From IMG/VR virus record IMGVR_UViG_3300042465_009257, positions 32,001-96,000 of that record: a stretch of 64,000 bases of DNA. One strand, written 5' to 3'. A program made the translations under genes and the position numbers. The first letter of the stretch is position 1; the number at the start of each line of letters is the position of its first letter. Positions 38,152 through 48,268 of this stretch are shown here, piece by piece. The notes below the pieces were generated by a model that did not search any database, was not told the DNA's origin, and was given only the letters and a program-made list of their open reading frames with translations. This stretch comes from a virus.

Positions 38152-39058
38152 ATTTATTTACCCAGTTTGAAATCTCTTCTTTATTCATCTCGCCAAAATC
38201 ACCTTTGCTTGGTGGGGCGTTGATAATTTTATCTGAAGAAAAAAAAGTAGAAAGCTTTATCTTTATTTTAGCAGCGGCGATTTGGCCCCTATTCTCCAAG
38301 CTGTCTGCATCATCATTCAGAGCTACGAAGATAGAGGTTGGGTTGATTTTTAATAAGAAGCTAAGTCTCGCCGCAGATAGAGACAACCCAAAATTACATA
38401 ATACATTCCAGTAGCCCGAATCACAAAGTTGCAATACATCTCCTATGCTTTCTACAATAATGATTTGACCAGTCTGCCGAATTGCTTCGATGTTCCTCTC
38501 AAATGCCGGGTAAATCCAATCACTCTTTGAGCCTTTAAGCTTCCATTTAACGACGCCCCTTTCTCCACGATTCAATGCGTCCCGTCCTGCCGCCCCAATC
38601 AATTTCCCCTTATCATTTCGGATCTTAAATACAATTCTTCCATAAAGGGGGCCATTTTGTGCTAAACCTGCCCCCATGTAATCTAATGTCTCTTTCGAAA
38701 TTCCGCGCCGCAAGAAGAAATCGTAGCTTTTTACCAAATCGGCGTAATCAGATTCTACTAGAAATTTTTGTACTTTTATCTTTTCCTTGTCTTGCTCTTC
38801 ATATTCGCCGTCATCAACATCAGTGCCCGTAAGCCACTTTTTTGCGTCGGCCTCGCTAATCTTTTTGCAAATAGAAACAAACTTTTCCCAAGTCAAGAAA
38901 CGAGATTCAATAGCATCCCAGACATTACTTTCGTAACACCAAGCACCATTAGGATTATTTCCGCCGCGATACTCGGTTGAGATTGCACAATAGTTGCCCC
39001 CAACATAGTTTACGGCAATACCTAGTCTATCTAGACGATTTCGGATTTTATCTAACAT
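38135..39058 (-). CDS. DNA primase (Toprim, DnaG-like)
   Basis: RIVF, GRD, IVESIGD, LNDD. Confidence 0.85.
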   Translation of the reverse strand: MLDKIRNRLDRLGIAVNYVGGNYCAISTEYRGGNNPNGAWCYESNVWDAIESRFLTWEKFVSICKKISEADAKKWLTGTDVDDGEYEEQDKEKIKVQKFLVESDYADLVKSYDFFLRRGISKETLDYMGAGLAQNGPLYGRIVFKIRNDKGKLIGAAGRDALNRGERGVVKWKLKGSKSDWIYPAFERNIEAIRQTGQIIIVESIGDVLQLCDSGYWNVLCNFGLSLSAARLSFLLKINPTSIFVALNDDADSLENRGQIAAAKIKIKLSTFFSSDKIINAPPSKGDFGEMNKEEISNWVNKFDVKY

Positions 39059-39409
39059 TTATAAAGAAAATGGACTCCACTCTACACGATATCCCGCTTT
39101 TTGCAAATCTTCTACCATATTTTTTGCGGCAAATTCATTGTAACTATGTACCACAAATTCCTTAACATCGGGCTTATTAGCTGTAATAAATCTCACAACC
39201 TCTGAGCCAGTATTCTTCTCTGCGGGATTTTGATAAGCCTCTCCATTTAAATCATGATCTAAAGAAACGAGATCATACCGACCCTCTTTCAAAGCCTCAA
39301 TGCAATCTGCCGCGTTCCAAACCTGACGCAATTCATCACCCTGCTCTTTAGTTTGGAAGAACTTCGAGTGCCTGGACGAATCATCATCACAAAAAAGTAT
39401 TTTTTTCAT
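39059..39409 (-). CDS. cyclic-phosphate-processing receiver-like domain protein
   Basis: ILFCDDD..R, SLDHDL, TG, VHSYN. Confidence 0.7.
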   Translation of the reverse strand: MKKILFCDDDSSRHSKFFQTKEQGDELRQVWNAADCIEALKEGRYDLVSLDHDLNGEAYQNPAEKNTGSEVVRFITANKPDVKEFVVHSYNEFAAKNMVEDLQKAGYRVEWSPFSL

Positions 39410-39420
39410 ATTTGTTAAAA

Positions 39421-39452
39421 TAAAATTTCAAATTGTTTTACGCTCCCTGTAA
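39421..39452 (+). promoter_or_regulatory. class II motif TAAAATTTC-N18-TGTAA (cassette 4)
   Basis: conserved motif and spacing. Confidence 0.7.
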
Positions 39453-39464
39453 CTAAAGGTATCT

Positions 39465-39620
39465 ATGAGATTAAAAATTGTTACCGAAAAATATCACTTC
39501 ACCTTTAGTAAGTCATTATCAGAATTGTTTAAGAGAATTGTTAAAGAGACTGACCTTTCTCAAATTCGCGTTATTGAGCGTGCCATCGAAGATTTCGCGG
39601 TTAAGAAGGGGGTAAAATAA
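39465..39620 (+). CDS. ribbon-helix-helix protein, 51 aa (MRLKIVTEKYHFTFSKSLSELFKRIVKETDLSQIRVIERAIEDFAVKKGVK)
   Basis: manually translated; close paralog of 27669..27824. Confidence 0.8.
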   Translation: MRLKIVTEKYHFTFSKSLSELFKRIVKETDLSQIRVIERAIEDFAVKKGVK

Positions 39621-39621
39621 T

Positions 39622-40620
39622 ATGAAGAAGGGTCGTGGAAATTACAGGCTAGACAATTATGTTTATCTATACTTAGATAATCGGAAGCTTGGTAAATGGG
39701 AATTTAGAGACTGGACTTTTCTTTATCAGCCATTTTATGTCGGACGCGGTCTTGATGATAGAATTAACGCACATACAAAGCCGTCTGAACTTTCTAAACC
39801 TTTTCGGAAATCTAGGATAATAAATAAAATAAGACGAGTTCTAGGGGAGGAGGTTATCCGATTTAAACTTTATGAAGATTTATCTTACCAAGAATCGGCG
39901 TTCCTCGAAAAGGATATAATTGCATTTTTTGGGAGAGAGAAAAATGGAGGTATTTTGGTTAATCTCTCTAAGGACGAATGGGACCGCCCGGCGAAAGAAC
40001 GAACTTCAAAAACCTCAAATTCAAGAGCGTTACCCACGAGTAAAAGAGTTAATCAATATTCTTTAGATGGAGTTTTTATAAAAACTTGGGAGTATTTAAC
40101 AGAAATAAGAAACTCTCTGAGAGGGAAAAGTCGAGGGATTGAGTATAGAATCAGAGAATGTTGCAGGGGCGAAAGAGATAACTGTGATGGTTTTATTTGG
40201 AAATATGAGGGGACTTCCCCTTACTCTCCTCCTCGCATTCCTCAGCCACACTCTAAACCTGTTTTTCAATATTTCAATGGGAATTTTGTAAAAAGTTATG
40301 AATCTGGTGTCGAGGCGGCATTACAAACCGGATTAAATCATAAAGCTATATCACTATGTTGTCTAGGAAAAACTAAGACATCAGGAGGTTTTCGGTGGTT
40401 TTTCGAATATGTAGGAGAATCTATACCTCCTCTTGCAGCCACTGTTCGAAAACTATACGGAAGAGGTGTCAACTGTTTCGATTTGGAAATGAACTTTCTT
40501 GAAAAATATATAAATATCAAGGATTTTTCAAGATCCAACTCTATAAATGAATCTGCGGGCTATCGCGCTGTAAATACTGGTTTACCCGTTAAGGGGTTTT
40601 ATGTAAAATACTCTTCATAG
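39622..40620 (+). CDS. GIY-YIG-family endonuclease with NUMOD1 repeats
   Basis: YVYLY...FYVGRG..R..H; VNQYSLDG.FIKTW, I..CC.G..K..GGF.W. Confidence 0.85.
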   Translation: MKKGRGNYRLDNYVYLYLDNRKLGKWEFRDWTFLYQPFYVGRGLDDRINAHTKPSELSKPFRKSRIINKIRRVLGEEVIRFKLYEDLSYQESAFLEKDIIAFFGREKNGGILVNLSKDEWDRPAKERTSKTSNSRALPTSKRVNQYSLDGVFIKTWEYLTEIRNSLRGKSRGIEYRIRECCRGERDNCDGFIWKYEGTSPYSPPRIPQPHSKPVFQYFNGNFVKSYESGVEAALQTGLNHKAISLCCLGKTKTSGGFRWFFEYVGESIPPLAATVRKLYGRGVNCFDLEMNFLEKYINIKDFSRSNSINESAGYRAVNTGLPVKGFYVKYSS

Positions 40621-40623
40621 TTT

Positions 40624-40884
40624 TCATTTCGTTAATTTCTCAACCTCATTTAATTTTTTAATAATCTTCCCAACATTCTTAATTGCCGCTAGATCAACTT
40701 TAACATCATAAATCACTAAACCTTTTTTAAAAGAAATATTGATTCCAAATGCAGCATCAGCGCTAATCCAACCTCCGTCAAATTCCGCCCAAGCTAGGTC
40801 GTCGGCGTGACCGATTTTAGTAACTTTGATCCCGGCTGATATTAAGATTTCGTTAATTTGGGCAATGGTCGCTTCTGTATCCAT
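40624..40884 (-). CDS. hypothetical protein
   Basis: ORF track. Confidence 0.55.
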   Translation of the reverse strand: MDTEATIAQINEILISAGIKVTKIGHADDLAWAEFDGGWISADAAFGINISFKKGLVIYDVKVDLAAIKNVGKIIKKLNEVEKLTK

Positions 40885-40887
40885 TTC

Positions 40888-41154
40888 CTACCAGTTATAA
40901 TAGCTAATAGATGGGGCATGAATGTCTGAGGCTGATTTACCAAGATAATGTTTCTCATCTTTATCAGCACCACAATCCGCAGAAAAATAAAGAAATCCAT
41001 CTTCATCAATTTTTAAATCTCCTCTCTGCCCATAATAGAATGTATCGTCGCCTGGGCTTCTATTGGAAAAATATGCCCTTGCCGAACCTACTTCCGAGAC
41101 TTTTTCGTAAAGTTTTTTTAAAGTCATTATATTGGCTTTATTTCCAATTTTCAA
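40888..41154 (-). CDS. hypothetical protein
   Basis: ORF track. Confidence 0.55.
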   Translation of the reverse strand: MKIGNKANIMTLKKLYEKVSEVGSARAYFSNRSPGDDTFYYGQRGDLKIDEDGFLYFSADCGADKDEKHYLGKSASDIHAPSISYYNW

Positions 41155-41614
41155 TTTCTTCTTCCTGTGCTGGAGTTAAAGTCGTTTCCAATTCACCAAT
41201 TCTATCATTTACATCAATTTCTGGAAATCCAAAAATCATTTCATGAAATTCTTTCACATGAGGCAGGTTTCGATCTGTTTGGTCTAAAGTAAGACGTAGA
41301 CCTGTTCCCATCATCAGATCGTCAATATCTTTTTCAAAATCATTAATTTCAATATAGTATCGCTCCCCTTCAGCGTCCCAGCTAATTACTTCATTTTCTT
41401 CGCCATAAATTGTTGTAATATTTTCTCGAACAACTTCTGTGCCAGTTCTTAAACTATCAATCATTTCTTGGGGAACATATTGGCTTGCCTCCGCCATTTG
41501 ATCCTTAGTGAGAGAGATACGATATGTACAAGGCTCTGATAAAAGAAATTGTTTAATTGAGTTTGGAAGGTCGCAGCTTCTTCCAATTGTCGGCGATAGC
41601 ATAAGTTTTGTCAT
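41138..41614 (-). CDS. hypothetical protein
   Basis: ORF track. Confidence 0.6.
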   Translation of the reverse strand: MTKLMLSPTIGRSCDLPNSIKQFLLSEPCTYRISLTKDQMAEASQYVPQEMIDSLRTGTEVVRENITTIYGEENEVISWDAEGERYYIEINDFEKDIDDLMMGTGLRLTLDQTDRNLPHVKEFHEMIFGFPEIDVNDRIGELETTLTPAQEEEIENWK

Positions 41615-41685
41615 AGATTATATTTGATTGAGCTTGATTACCGTAGTCTGATTTTTTCTATTGTCAAATGGGCTTTCAGATTTAT

Positions 41686-42234
41686 TTAGTCGTCTGGATT
41701 GCATTCAGAGCATCCTGGGTCCCCACAATTACTTTCTCCACCTTGGTTTTCGTCCATAAGGAAGCTATCCATCAGTTGGAGGATTACAAAAGGTTCTTCC
41801 GGTAAAGGCATTCCAATCTGATTTTCACTCCAAGCCTCTTCGTCATCATCTTCCCATTCTTCCGGGTCAATGACATTAATTCCTGCTTCAAAACCTGTCT
41901 CTTTAACGAAGTTCTCTAAATCTTCCAAGGTCTCAGGCTGAATATAGAAGCGCCAGCCATTTTTATCCCAGTGCGTAAATGCGACCTCCTTCATTTCCAT
42001 ATCGCCGTCTTTCGTAAGCGAAACCATCTTCTGCATATCTTTTACTACCTCACGGGAGTTTTTCAGATCTTCTTTTGTCAAAATTTCAGAAGGTGCTGAG
42101 TGGCGATAAGTAGCTCTTTCTTTAAATGCTAATTCTTTTACATGGTCAAGCTGTTGCGAGGAATTAAAAATTTGGGATGTGATAAACCATTTTTTTGTTA
42201 CGGTTTTTTTAGGTTTCTGGATTTTTGCGGGCAT
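41686..42234 (-). CDS. hypothetical acidic protein
   Basis: ORF track. Confidence 0.6.
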   Translation of the reverse strand: MPAKIQKPKKTVTKKWFITSQIFNSSQQLDHVKELAFKERATYRHSAPSEILTKEDLKNSREVVKDMQKMVSLTKDGDMEMKEVAFTHWDKNGWRFYIQPETLEDLENFVKETGFEAGINVIDPEEWEDDDEEAWSENQIGMPLPEEPFVILQLMDSFLMDENQGGESNCGDPGCSECNPDD

Positions 42235-42290
42235 ATTAAAGTTTGACTAATTTAGTATATAGAGTTTTTAAGGATTGGTCAATTTTAAGA

Positions 42291-43814
42291 TTATTTTGAA
42301 TATTTCGAGTAAGTTGCTTTATTGCGATCTGAAGAGCTTTGACGAGGAGTGAGTTGACCTGCTGATCCCAACGCCGCAACAACGTCCTTATAAGTTCCTG
42401 CCTCTGTAACTCGAAAATTAGAAAAATTTAGATTAATATGATTCTCTACCCAAACTGTTTGGTTTCCTTCTAATACTTCAAAAGGGCCAGACTCATCAGC
42501 GAATTCTCCAAGATTTCGTACAACAATCATACTCAGTTTGTGACTCCCAAATTTATTACTTTCTGTTCCAATCTCTTCTGGACTTTTACGGGTTAAGCTA
42601 AAAATTCCAGTGCTGTACCACTTTACCCGGTCAGCCTGTGCGATTTCTGAAGATCTATTTGTCTGGATGGCTGTAATGGAAATTGTTCTTGGCAGCTTTT
42701 CCGCTAATTGTTTCATAAGATCTGTTTTCATGCCGATTAGCTCATACTCTTTTAATGCTTGGCCTCCATTTCCAGCAGTTCGATCTTCATTTCCGGCAAA
42801 CTTTAGATAATCTAAAACGCATACAAAAATATCATCTGGTCCAACAAATTTAGAATGGAATCTTTTTGCTACACTTTCGATCTTATGAATATCCGCTGTT
42901 GGTAAATAATGATGGTAGATTGTTCCAGCCTTATCTCTAAACGATTGGAGCGAGTCTTGAGTTTTTTCTAAGCGATCTTTATCTTCCGCGAATTTGCCAT
43001 TGAGATAATAAAATGCATTTACTCCACTTTTCGCTGCCATTTTTCGGCAAGCTACCTCTCTTTTTGTCATTTCGGTATCAATAAAAAGAACCCGAATTTT
43101 CCCCTTCTCCCTCTTCGCTCCAAGTTCAACAAAATGATCTGTCAAAGCTGATAAAAAAGAACTCTTGCCTACCTTGGATGAAGCGGCAAAAACATACAGA
43201 CCTCCAATCATAAACTGCCCGTACCAACGATTAAAAATTGGGAAAGGCGACGGGAGTCCAAGCTCTCCTTTATTTCCTAATCCTTCGTTTAGCAAAGCCT
43301 CCATATCCCCATTGATATCGGTAAAGCTTTGGTCTTCTCCTAATACAGATTCAATTGTAACAGCATCAGTAACGATCTTCTCTGTCCCCGATAGAATATC
43401 TCGAAAATTAATCTCAGGATTTTCTAAACTTGTCTCAATAAATTTCTGCGCCTGAATAAGTTTCTTATATGTCTGCCGAGACCAATGGAATTTAGTTAAT
43501 TCGTCTAGGTATGCAATTTTGGCGTCTAAATTAATAGACATATGCGAAATTGAAGTAACGTAGTCGGCAACATCAAGGCCCTCTACGGAACTAAGTCCCA
43601 TCAAATTCAATCTAGAAATTAATAAATGCTCATCTAGTGTTTTTGTTTCAGCATAAAGAGTTTTAATTGCCGAAAATATCTTCTGATTAGGAGGAAAAGA
43701 GAAGAAGTCTGGCTTTAGATGTTCTCCAACTTCTCCAAGCCATCCAGGATCTTTGAAAAAACATGAAATCAAACAACGCTCAACTTCTCCGGTAATAATT
43801 CGTTTTGACATCAA
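42291..43814 (-). CDS. dnaB: replicative DNA helicase
   Basis: DnaB N-domain, ASSKVGKS Walker A, DTEM, LDYL, QTNR. Confidence 0.9.
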   Translation of the reverse strand: MMSKRIITGEVERCLISCFFKDPGWLGEVGEHLKPDFFSFPPNQKIFSAIKTLYAETKTLDEHLLISRLNLMGLSSVEGLDVADYVTSISHMSINLDAKIAYLDELTKFHWSRQTYKKLIQAQKFIETSLENPEINFRDILSGTEKIVTDAVTIESVLGEDQSFTDINGDMEALLNEGLGNKGELGLPSPFPIFNRWYGQFMIGGLYVFAASSKVGKSSFLSALTDHFVELGAKREKGKIRVLFIDTEMTKREVACRKMAAKSGVNAFYYLNGKFAEDKDRLEKTQDSLQSFRDKAGTIYHHYLPTADIHKIESVAKRFHSKFVGPDDIFVCVLDYLKFAGNEDRTAGNGGQALKEYELIGMKTDLMKQLAEKLPRTISITAIQTNRSSEIAQADRVKWYSTGIFSLTRKSPEEIGTESNKFGSHKLSMIVVRNLGEFADESGPFEVLEGNQTVWVENHINLNFSNFRVTEAGTYKDVVAALGSAGQLTPRQSSSDRNKATYSKYSK

Positions 43815-43857
43815 TAATTAATTTTACAATAAAGGTTTTCTATGAAAACTAAAATTT

Positions 43858-44472
43858 TCATTTTCTCAAATTCAAAAAGTCCGCTAAGCTACTAGGAGCC
43901 TTCTTCTTGGCTACATACACTACCTCTGGAGCGTTTGCAAGCTCTAAAACCTCCTCTACCCCACCAGCTTCCTCTAAATCGATTTTAGGGGCCTCTATGA
44001 GCCTGACTGGTGCAAACTTCCTAAAGAATTCATCGCACCAAGATGCGATCATTCCACCCGTAAAAAAATATCTAAACGTCGGCGGCTGAATTCTTTCAGG
44101 AATCTTCATATTTCTTACGGTCTCCTTTCCGTACCTCTCAATCAATTGTCCACATTTTTGGTGCTCAATGGCATAATTACTTACTTGACCATCTAAAACA
44201 TGAAGCATGATCTCTTTAGTCTCTGGGTCCCATTTAGGCAATTTCTTTTCCTTCACTGGACCCTTCTTTAACTTAATTCCAGCTTCACGTAGAAATAACC
44301 GTAATTCAGTCAGCAAGACTGCACCTAAGCCATCTAGAGCCTTAATGTCTTGGAGAGTAAAATTTGAAAAATCCGCCGAAGTGTTGATTTGGGCGGATTG
44401 GAGAAGATTAATCGTGCGTTTTGATATAGGGAAATTCCCTATAGGAATAGGCTGTTTTTTGGGTCGGGGCAT
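43858..44472 (-). CDS. protein with N-terminal RNA polymerase alpha-CTD-like domain
   Basis: ISKRTINLLQSAQINTSADF...IKALDGLGAVLLTEL aligns to the alphaCTD consensus. Confidence 0.7.
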   Translation of the reverse strand: MPRPKKQPIPIGNFPISKRTINLLQSAQINTSADFSNFTLQDIKALDGLGAVLLTELRLFLREAGIKLKKGPVKEKKLPKWDPETKEIMLHVLDGQVSNYAIEHQKCGQLIERYGKETVRNMKIPERIQPPTFRYFFTGGMIASWCDEFFRKFAPVRLIEAPKIDLEEAGGVEEVLELANAPEVVYVAKKKAPSSLADFLNLRK

Positions 44473-44679
44473 ATTTATTCCATTTAGATTAGGATTTACT
44501 TTGCCATCTTACATCTCGACAAGAGGCTCAATTTGTCGCATCACTGCTAGCATTTCATCAAAATCCAACGCTACTACAATTGGCCCAACCTTGATGTTGT
44601 GCTTTTCTTTTCTGCGGCGCAATTCACGTTCTAGATCTTCAGTTTCCATTTTAAAGTATATAACCGTTTTGGGTGATTG

Positions 44680-45138
44680 TCAACTATTTTTTCGCGGAAG
44701 TATATTTGGATAAGTTTTTTCAAACCACTTAATCGTAAGTTCTGGATCATCCTCAAAAAAACGAATTATAGGAAACTTTGAATTCTTAGCGGCGAATAGT
44801 TCTTTTAAACCGTCCCTCGTTAATTGATCTTCAAATTTTTCCATAGTTCCATGGAAATGTTTCGAAAAAATAGAATGCTGATTCCCATCCACTTCGATAA
44901 AAACTTTCTGCTTCTCCTCTTTTTTATCCTCAAAAACACAAAGGAAATCCCATCTAAGCCGATTGATATCTTTTCCACAGAGCGGCACCTCCTCATACCA
45001 TTCTAAATGCGAATAGTGATCACAGAAAAATTTCTTAATCCGGGTTTGAAACTTCGATAAGCTTGCGGCTTTCCATTTGATCTTGTATGGAGCTAGACCA
45101 AGCGGAATTTCATTGCCGCCGAGGGTAGTGAAGATCAT
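44680..45138 (-). CDS. Vsr/DUF559-like PD-(D/E)XK endonuclease
   Basis: EEVP, RWDF, IEVDGNQH, RD..K. Confidence 0.75.
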   Translation of the reverse strand: MIFTTLGGNEIPLGLAPYKIKWKAASLSKFQTRIKKFFCDHYSHLEWYEEVPLCGKDINRLRWDFLCVFEDKKEEKQKVFIEVDGNQHSIFSKHFHGTMEKFEDQLTRDGLKELFAAKNSKFPIIRFFEDDPELTIKWFEKTYPNILPRKNS

Positions 45139-45551
45139 AAGTCTACTCCTAATTCTGCAAATGTTTCCTTGCTTAAGTTTTTTAAATGTAAATCAGTTAA
45201 TTCAACATAATGAAATCCATTTTGTTCTGCCCAAACTCTCTTTTGCTCATCTCTTTTAATAGTTCCAAGAAATCCAATTCGCGACCCATGCATAAAAGGA
45301 TTGAACTTTTTATGAGTTGAGTTTGGCGAGACTTCCAAAAAAACCTTGGTTGTCAAATTAATCAAGTCTACCCGCAATCTACTCCCTGGAATAATAAATT
45401 CTTCAAGAATAGTAGACGTTTCCCAATATTGCCGTAAAAATAATTTAGTAGCTAATTGGGGCTTTGAAACTTTTCGATCCCAGTCTACTAAATATTTTGA
45501 GACTGAAATATTAACAATCTTTTCTGGATTGTTTAGCTTGGAGAATTTCAC
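45135..45551 (-). CDS. Vsr/DUF559-like endonuclease paralog
   Basis: EEF, RVDL, LEVSP..H, FMHG, RD..K. Confidence 0.7.
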   Translation of the reverse strand: MKFSKLNNPEKIVNISVSKYLVDWDRKVSKPQLATKLFLRQYWETSTILEEFIIPGSRLRVDLINLTTKVFLEVSPNSTHKKFNPFMHGSRIGFLGTIKRDEQKRVWAEQNGFHYVELTDLHLKNLSKETFAELGVDL

Positions 45552-45554
45552 GGG

Positions 45555-46691
45555 TCAACCCTGTTCAACTCTTATAATAAACTCCTTGGAGAGAAAATCA
45601 ACGATTGCTGGATTATCATCCAGCCATTTGCCAACTGCTCCGATTCCCCGGAACTTTTCTTCTGGCTCAAATCCTCCACGAGCTAAATCCTTAATTAAAT
45701 TTGGATGCGGATAATACATCTGACCCTTACCTTCTGGTCGAGAAACAAGCTGCCACATTTCAAGCAAATCAAGAACCTCTTTTTCACGCCAAACAGATTT
45801 TCCATCAGTCTGTCCATAACGAATTGGATATCGAATTTCTCTCAAATAACTTTCGTTGTCAGATTTGACAATTTTGCATTTTGCGTAATGACCGATTGGC
45901 TTTGATTTTTTTTCGTCTCCTTCGCGAATGATATCCGTTTCCCAGCGAGGCTGAAAGTCTAAAACCCATCCAGCCGCGTGTTCTACAGCGTGTCCTCCAC
46001 TCGCAGATCCCTGCTTGGGATTACTTTTTTCGTAAGTATTGATCTTAATTGTATCTCGTACTTGGGAGATTAAAACCGTATAATGTCCACGCTTTGAAAG
46101 AGCAATTGATACGGTTTTAAAGAAAACTGATGTCAATAAAGCTCCTCCTGCAACTTGTCCAGCAACACCGAATGGTTTCAAAGCATCCTCTTTTTTAATC
46201 ATCATGTCAAGACTATCCATGATAAAGAAATATTTACACTTGGACTTATTGAACTGAAGCAGATCACGGATCATTTGGAAAACGAACTCAAAAATATTGC
46301 TGTCAACAATAAAACAGGTTCCGTTCTCCCACTCTTCTTCATTTTCTACGAATTTAATACCAGAGCGTTTTTGGGAATTTGGAGAAAGCTTTCCCTCGCA
46401 ACGGAAGTAAATCCCACGACGCTCAAATTTATCGCCATTGCCCTGAAGAAAATGAAACATATAATCTAGTGCCGCACTAGTTTTTCCTCCCGAAGGCGCT
46501 CCAATGAATCGATGCGCTCCTGGTTCTAATCCACCATCCATCTGTGAATTCATTAACATACTAGAAGACGGAACTTTATAGTAGATAGTATCTTCAAAGT
46601 TGTAATGATCTTCTTTATTTGCTTTCAGGATATTTGATAATACCCGAATTGATTCATTACCTTCTTCTTCTTTTTCCTTCTTAATTGCCAT
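45555..46691 (-). CDS. recA: RecA/UvsX-like recombinase
   Basis: GAPSGGKTS, MDSLD, ISQVR, SGGHAVEH. Confidence 0.85.
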   Translation of the reverse strand: MAIKKEKEEEGNESIRVLSNILKANKEDHYNFEDTIYYKVPSSSMLMNSQMDGGLEPGAHRFIGAPSGGKTSAALDYMFHFLQGNGDKFERRGIYFRCEGKLSPNSQKRSGIKFVENEEEWENGTCFIVDSNIFEFVFQMIRDLLQFNKSKCKYFFIMDSLDMMIKKEDALKPFGVAGQVAGGALLTSVFFKTVSIALSKRGHYTVLISQVRDTIKINTYEKSNPKQGSASGGHAVEHAAGWVLDFQPRWETDIIREGDEKKSKPIGHYAKCKIVKSDNESYLREIRYPIRYGQTDGKSVWREKEVLDLLEMWQLVSRPEGKGQMYYPHPNLIKDLARGGFEPEEKFRGIGAVGKWLDDNPAIVDFLSKEFIIRVEQG

Positions 46692-46702
46692 AATAATTAT
46701 TT

Positions 46703-46918
46703 TTAATTCCCAAATGGGCTAGTCGGCCTTTCTGCGGCATAACTCTTACATCCCTCACAAATTTTTGGGACGACTGGATTAATATTCTTTTTCCAACAAA
46801 AGTAGCCAGATGTCTGGCCCTTGAAACACCCGCCGCAACCGATTTGTGCAACGGAAACCACATTATGAGGCTCGTCGCTTCGGTAGCAGCAGGTGTCGAA
46901 TTTTTCTTGACCGGTCAA
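46703..46918 (-). CDS. small Cys-rich protein
   Basis: 7 Cys in 71 aa. Confidence 0.5.
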   Translation of the reverse strand: MTGQEKFDTCCYRSDEPHNVVSVAQIGCGGCFKGQTSGYFCWKKNINPVVPKICEGCKSYAAERPTSPFGN

Positions 46919-47171
46919 AACTTTTTAAGAAAAAGTGTAGTCAAAAATGGATAAATCAACAAAGCGGATTTACTGAATAAAAGAACTGATCTTTTTCAGG
47001 ATAATCTCGCCGCTATTGACATCTCGAAATTTAACGGTTTGATCAGTAACTTTGAGGATCTTCGCGCAATAGCATTCTGTCTTATTCCCGTTACGGAAAG
47101 AGAGAGATGTGAAGCGCCCATTGTGGTTATTCAGTGTGTTTTTATTCATAAAAATTCCGGAAGCCCGGTAG

Positions 47172-47360
47172 CTATTGGGGGTCCATAGGGGACCTTAGCC
47201 CATTATTAAGAAATGGTACGATTACGGATTTAAATTCTGCATGAATAATCCTTTTCAGTGCCTTAAAATCTTCCTCGTCACGCCAAGCCATTTTGGAGTA
47301 ACTTACGGCACATTGCATTGCAAAATCCGAACCAAGCTCTTCTAATTCTTTTTCGTCCAT
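47172..47360 (-). CDS. hypothetical protein
   Basis: TTGACC-N17-TATAAT-N8-ATG. Confidence 0.55.
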   Translation of the reverse strand: MDEKELEELGSDFAMQCAVSYSKMAWRDEEDFKALKRIIHAEFKSVIVPFLNNGLRSPMDPQ

Positions 47361-47401
47361 CTGTGTATATTATATAGGAAATTTAAAATTTGGTCAATCT
47401 A

Positions 47402-48268
47402 CTAAATTGAAGATTTGCATGTCATCGGCTCTAAACTTTTCTCATTTTGAATTTTTTGCCGATATTGCCCCCACCCGCAAAAGTTGCCTGACCATAAACG
47501 TCCCAGCTTGTCTTTATGGGTGAAAAAGATACTTGATTGGTCATAAAGTGGAGTTGCTTGATGTTCCATGGGTGAAAAATGAGCAGGTTCGCTATCGACC
47601 AATTTGTCGTAGATTCGGCAAGCCTTCTCTAAGCTTTCATCGGCTTTTCGGTATGATGTTTGAGCGCAAAGAGAAGCGGATAGTTTCAGTTTACTATCTA
47701 TGTCAAACTCTAGTCCATCATCTTCTACGTAAGGAAGATGCCATTCACCAGATTTTAATAGTTTAGGAGTACTTCCATCATGAGCCTTTTTCATATTAGC
47801 CGCCAATTGATGAATCGTAGGATCAGCATCTTTGTGATCTCGAAGCTTATACCAATTTTCAAAATTTGTCCCCGTCACTAAAACTTTGATAAAAGAAGAA
47901 GATTCAGTTAAACGATTAGCTATTTGCTTATGCGCTCCAATTTTTGAAAGGGCAAAAGAAAAAATACAATTGAATTTTGAGGATAAATCCCAAATCTTTT
48001 TTGCGGTAAATAGCCTCCAGCCTGTCAAATCTTCCTTTGCTGACATTCCTGCTTGGTTTTTTCCCCAGCTTACAGGTGCGGCAGGATTGTTCCATACAGC
48101 TTTAATCATCGTCAGAATTGGAATAGCTCTGGAACTCGCGGATGATTTTGATAGAATTTTATGTGTCAACAATTCTGAGTGAATGATCCGTGGATATTCT
48201 AGCTCAAATGTAATAATTTCTTGACCCCATTCAGTGATAGAATGTTTGATAATTTTGGCGGATGTCAT
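47402..48268 (-). CDS. thyX: flavin-dependent thymidylate synthase
   Basis: PRIIHSELLTHK..S.SSASSRAIP, HKQIANRL, LRDH..A.P.I, H.SP.EHQA. Confidence 0.85.
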   Translation of the reverse strand: MTSAKIIKHSITEWGQEIITFELEYPRIIHSELLTHKILSKSSASSRAIPILTMIKAVWNNPAAPVSWGKNQAGMSAKEDLTGWRLFTAKKIWDLSSKFNCIFSFALSKIGAHKQIANRLTESSSFIKVLVTGTNFENWYKLRDHKDADPTIHQLAANMKKAHDGSTPKLLKSGEWHLPYVEDDGLEFDIDSKLKLSASLCAQTSYRKADESLEKACRIYDKLVDSEPAHFSPMEHQATPLYDQSSIFFTHKDKLGRLWSGNFCGWGQYRQKIQNEKSLEPMTCKSSI

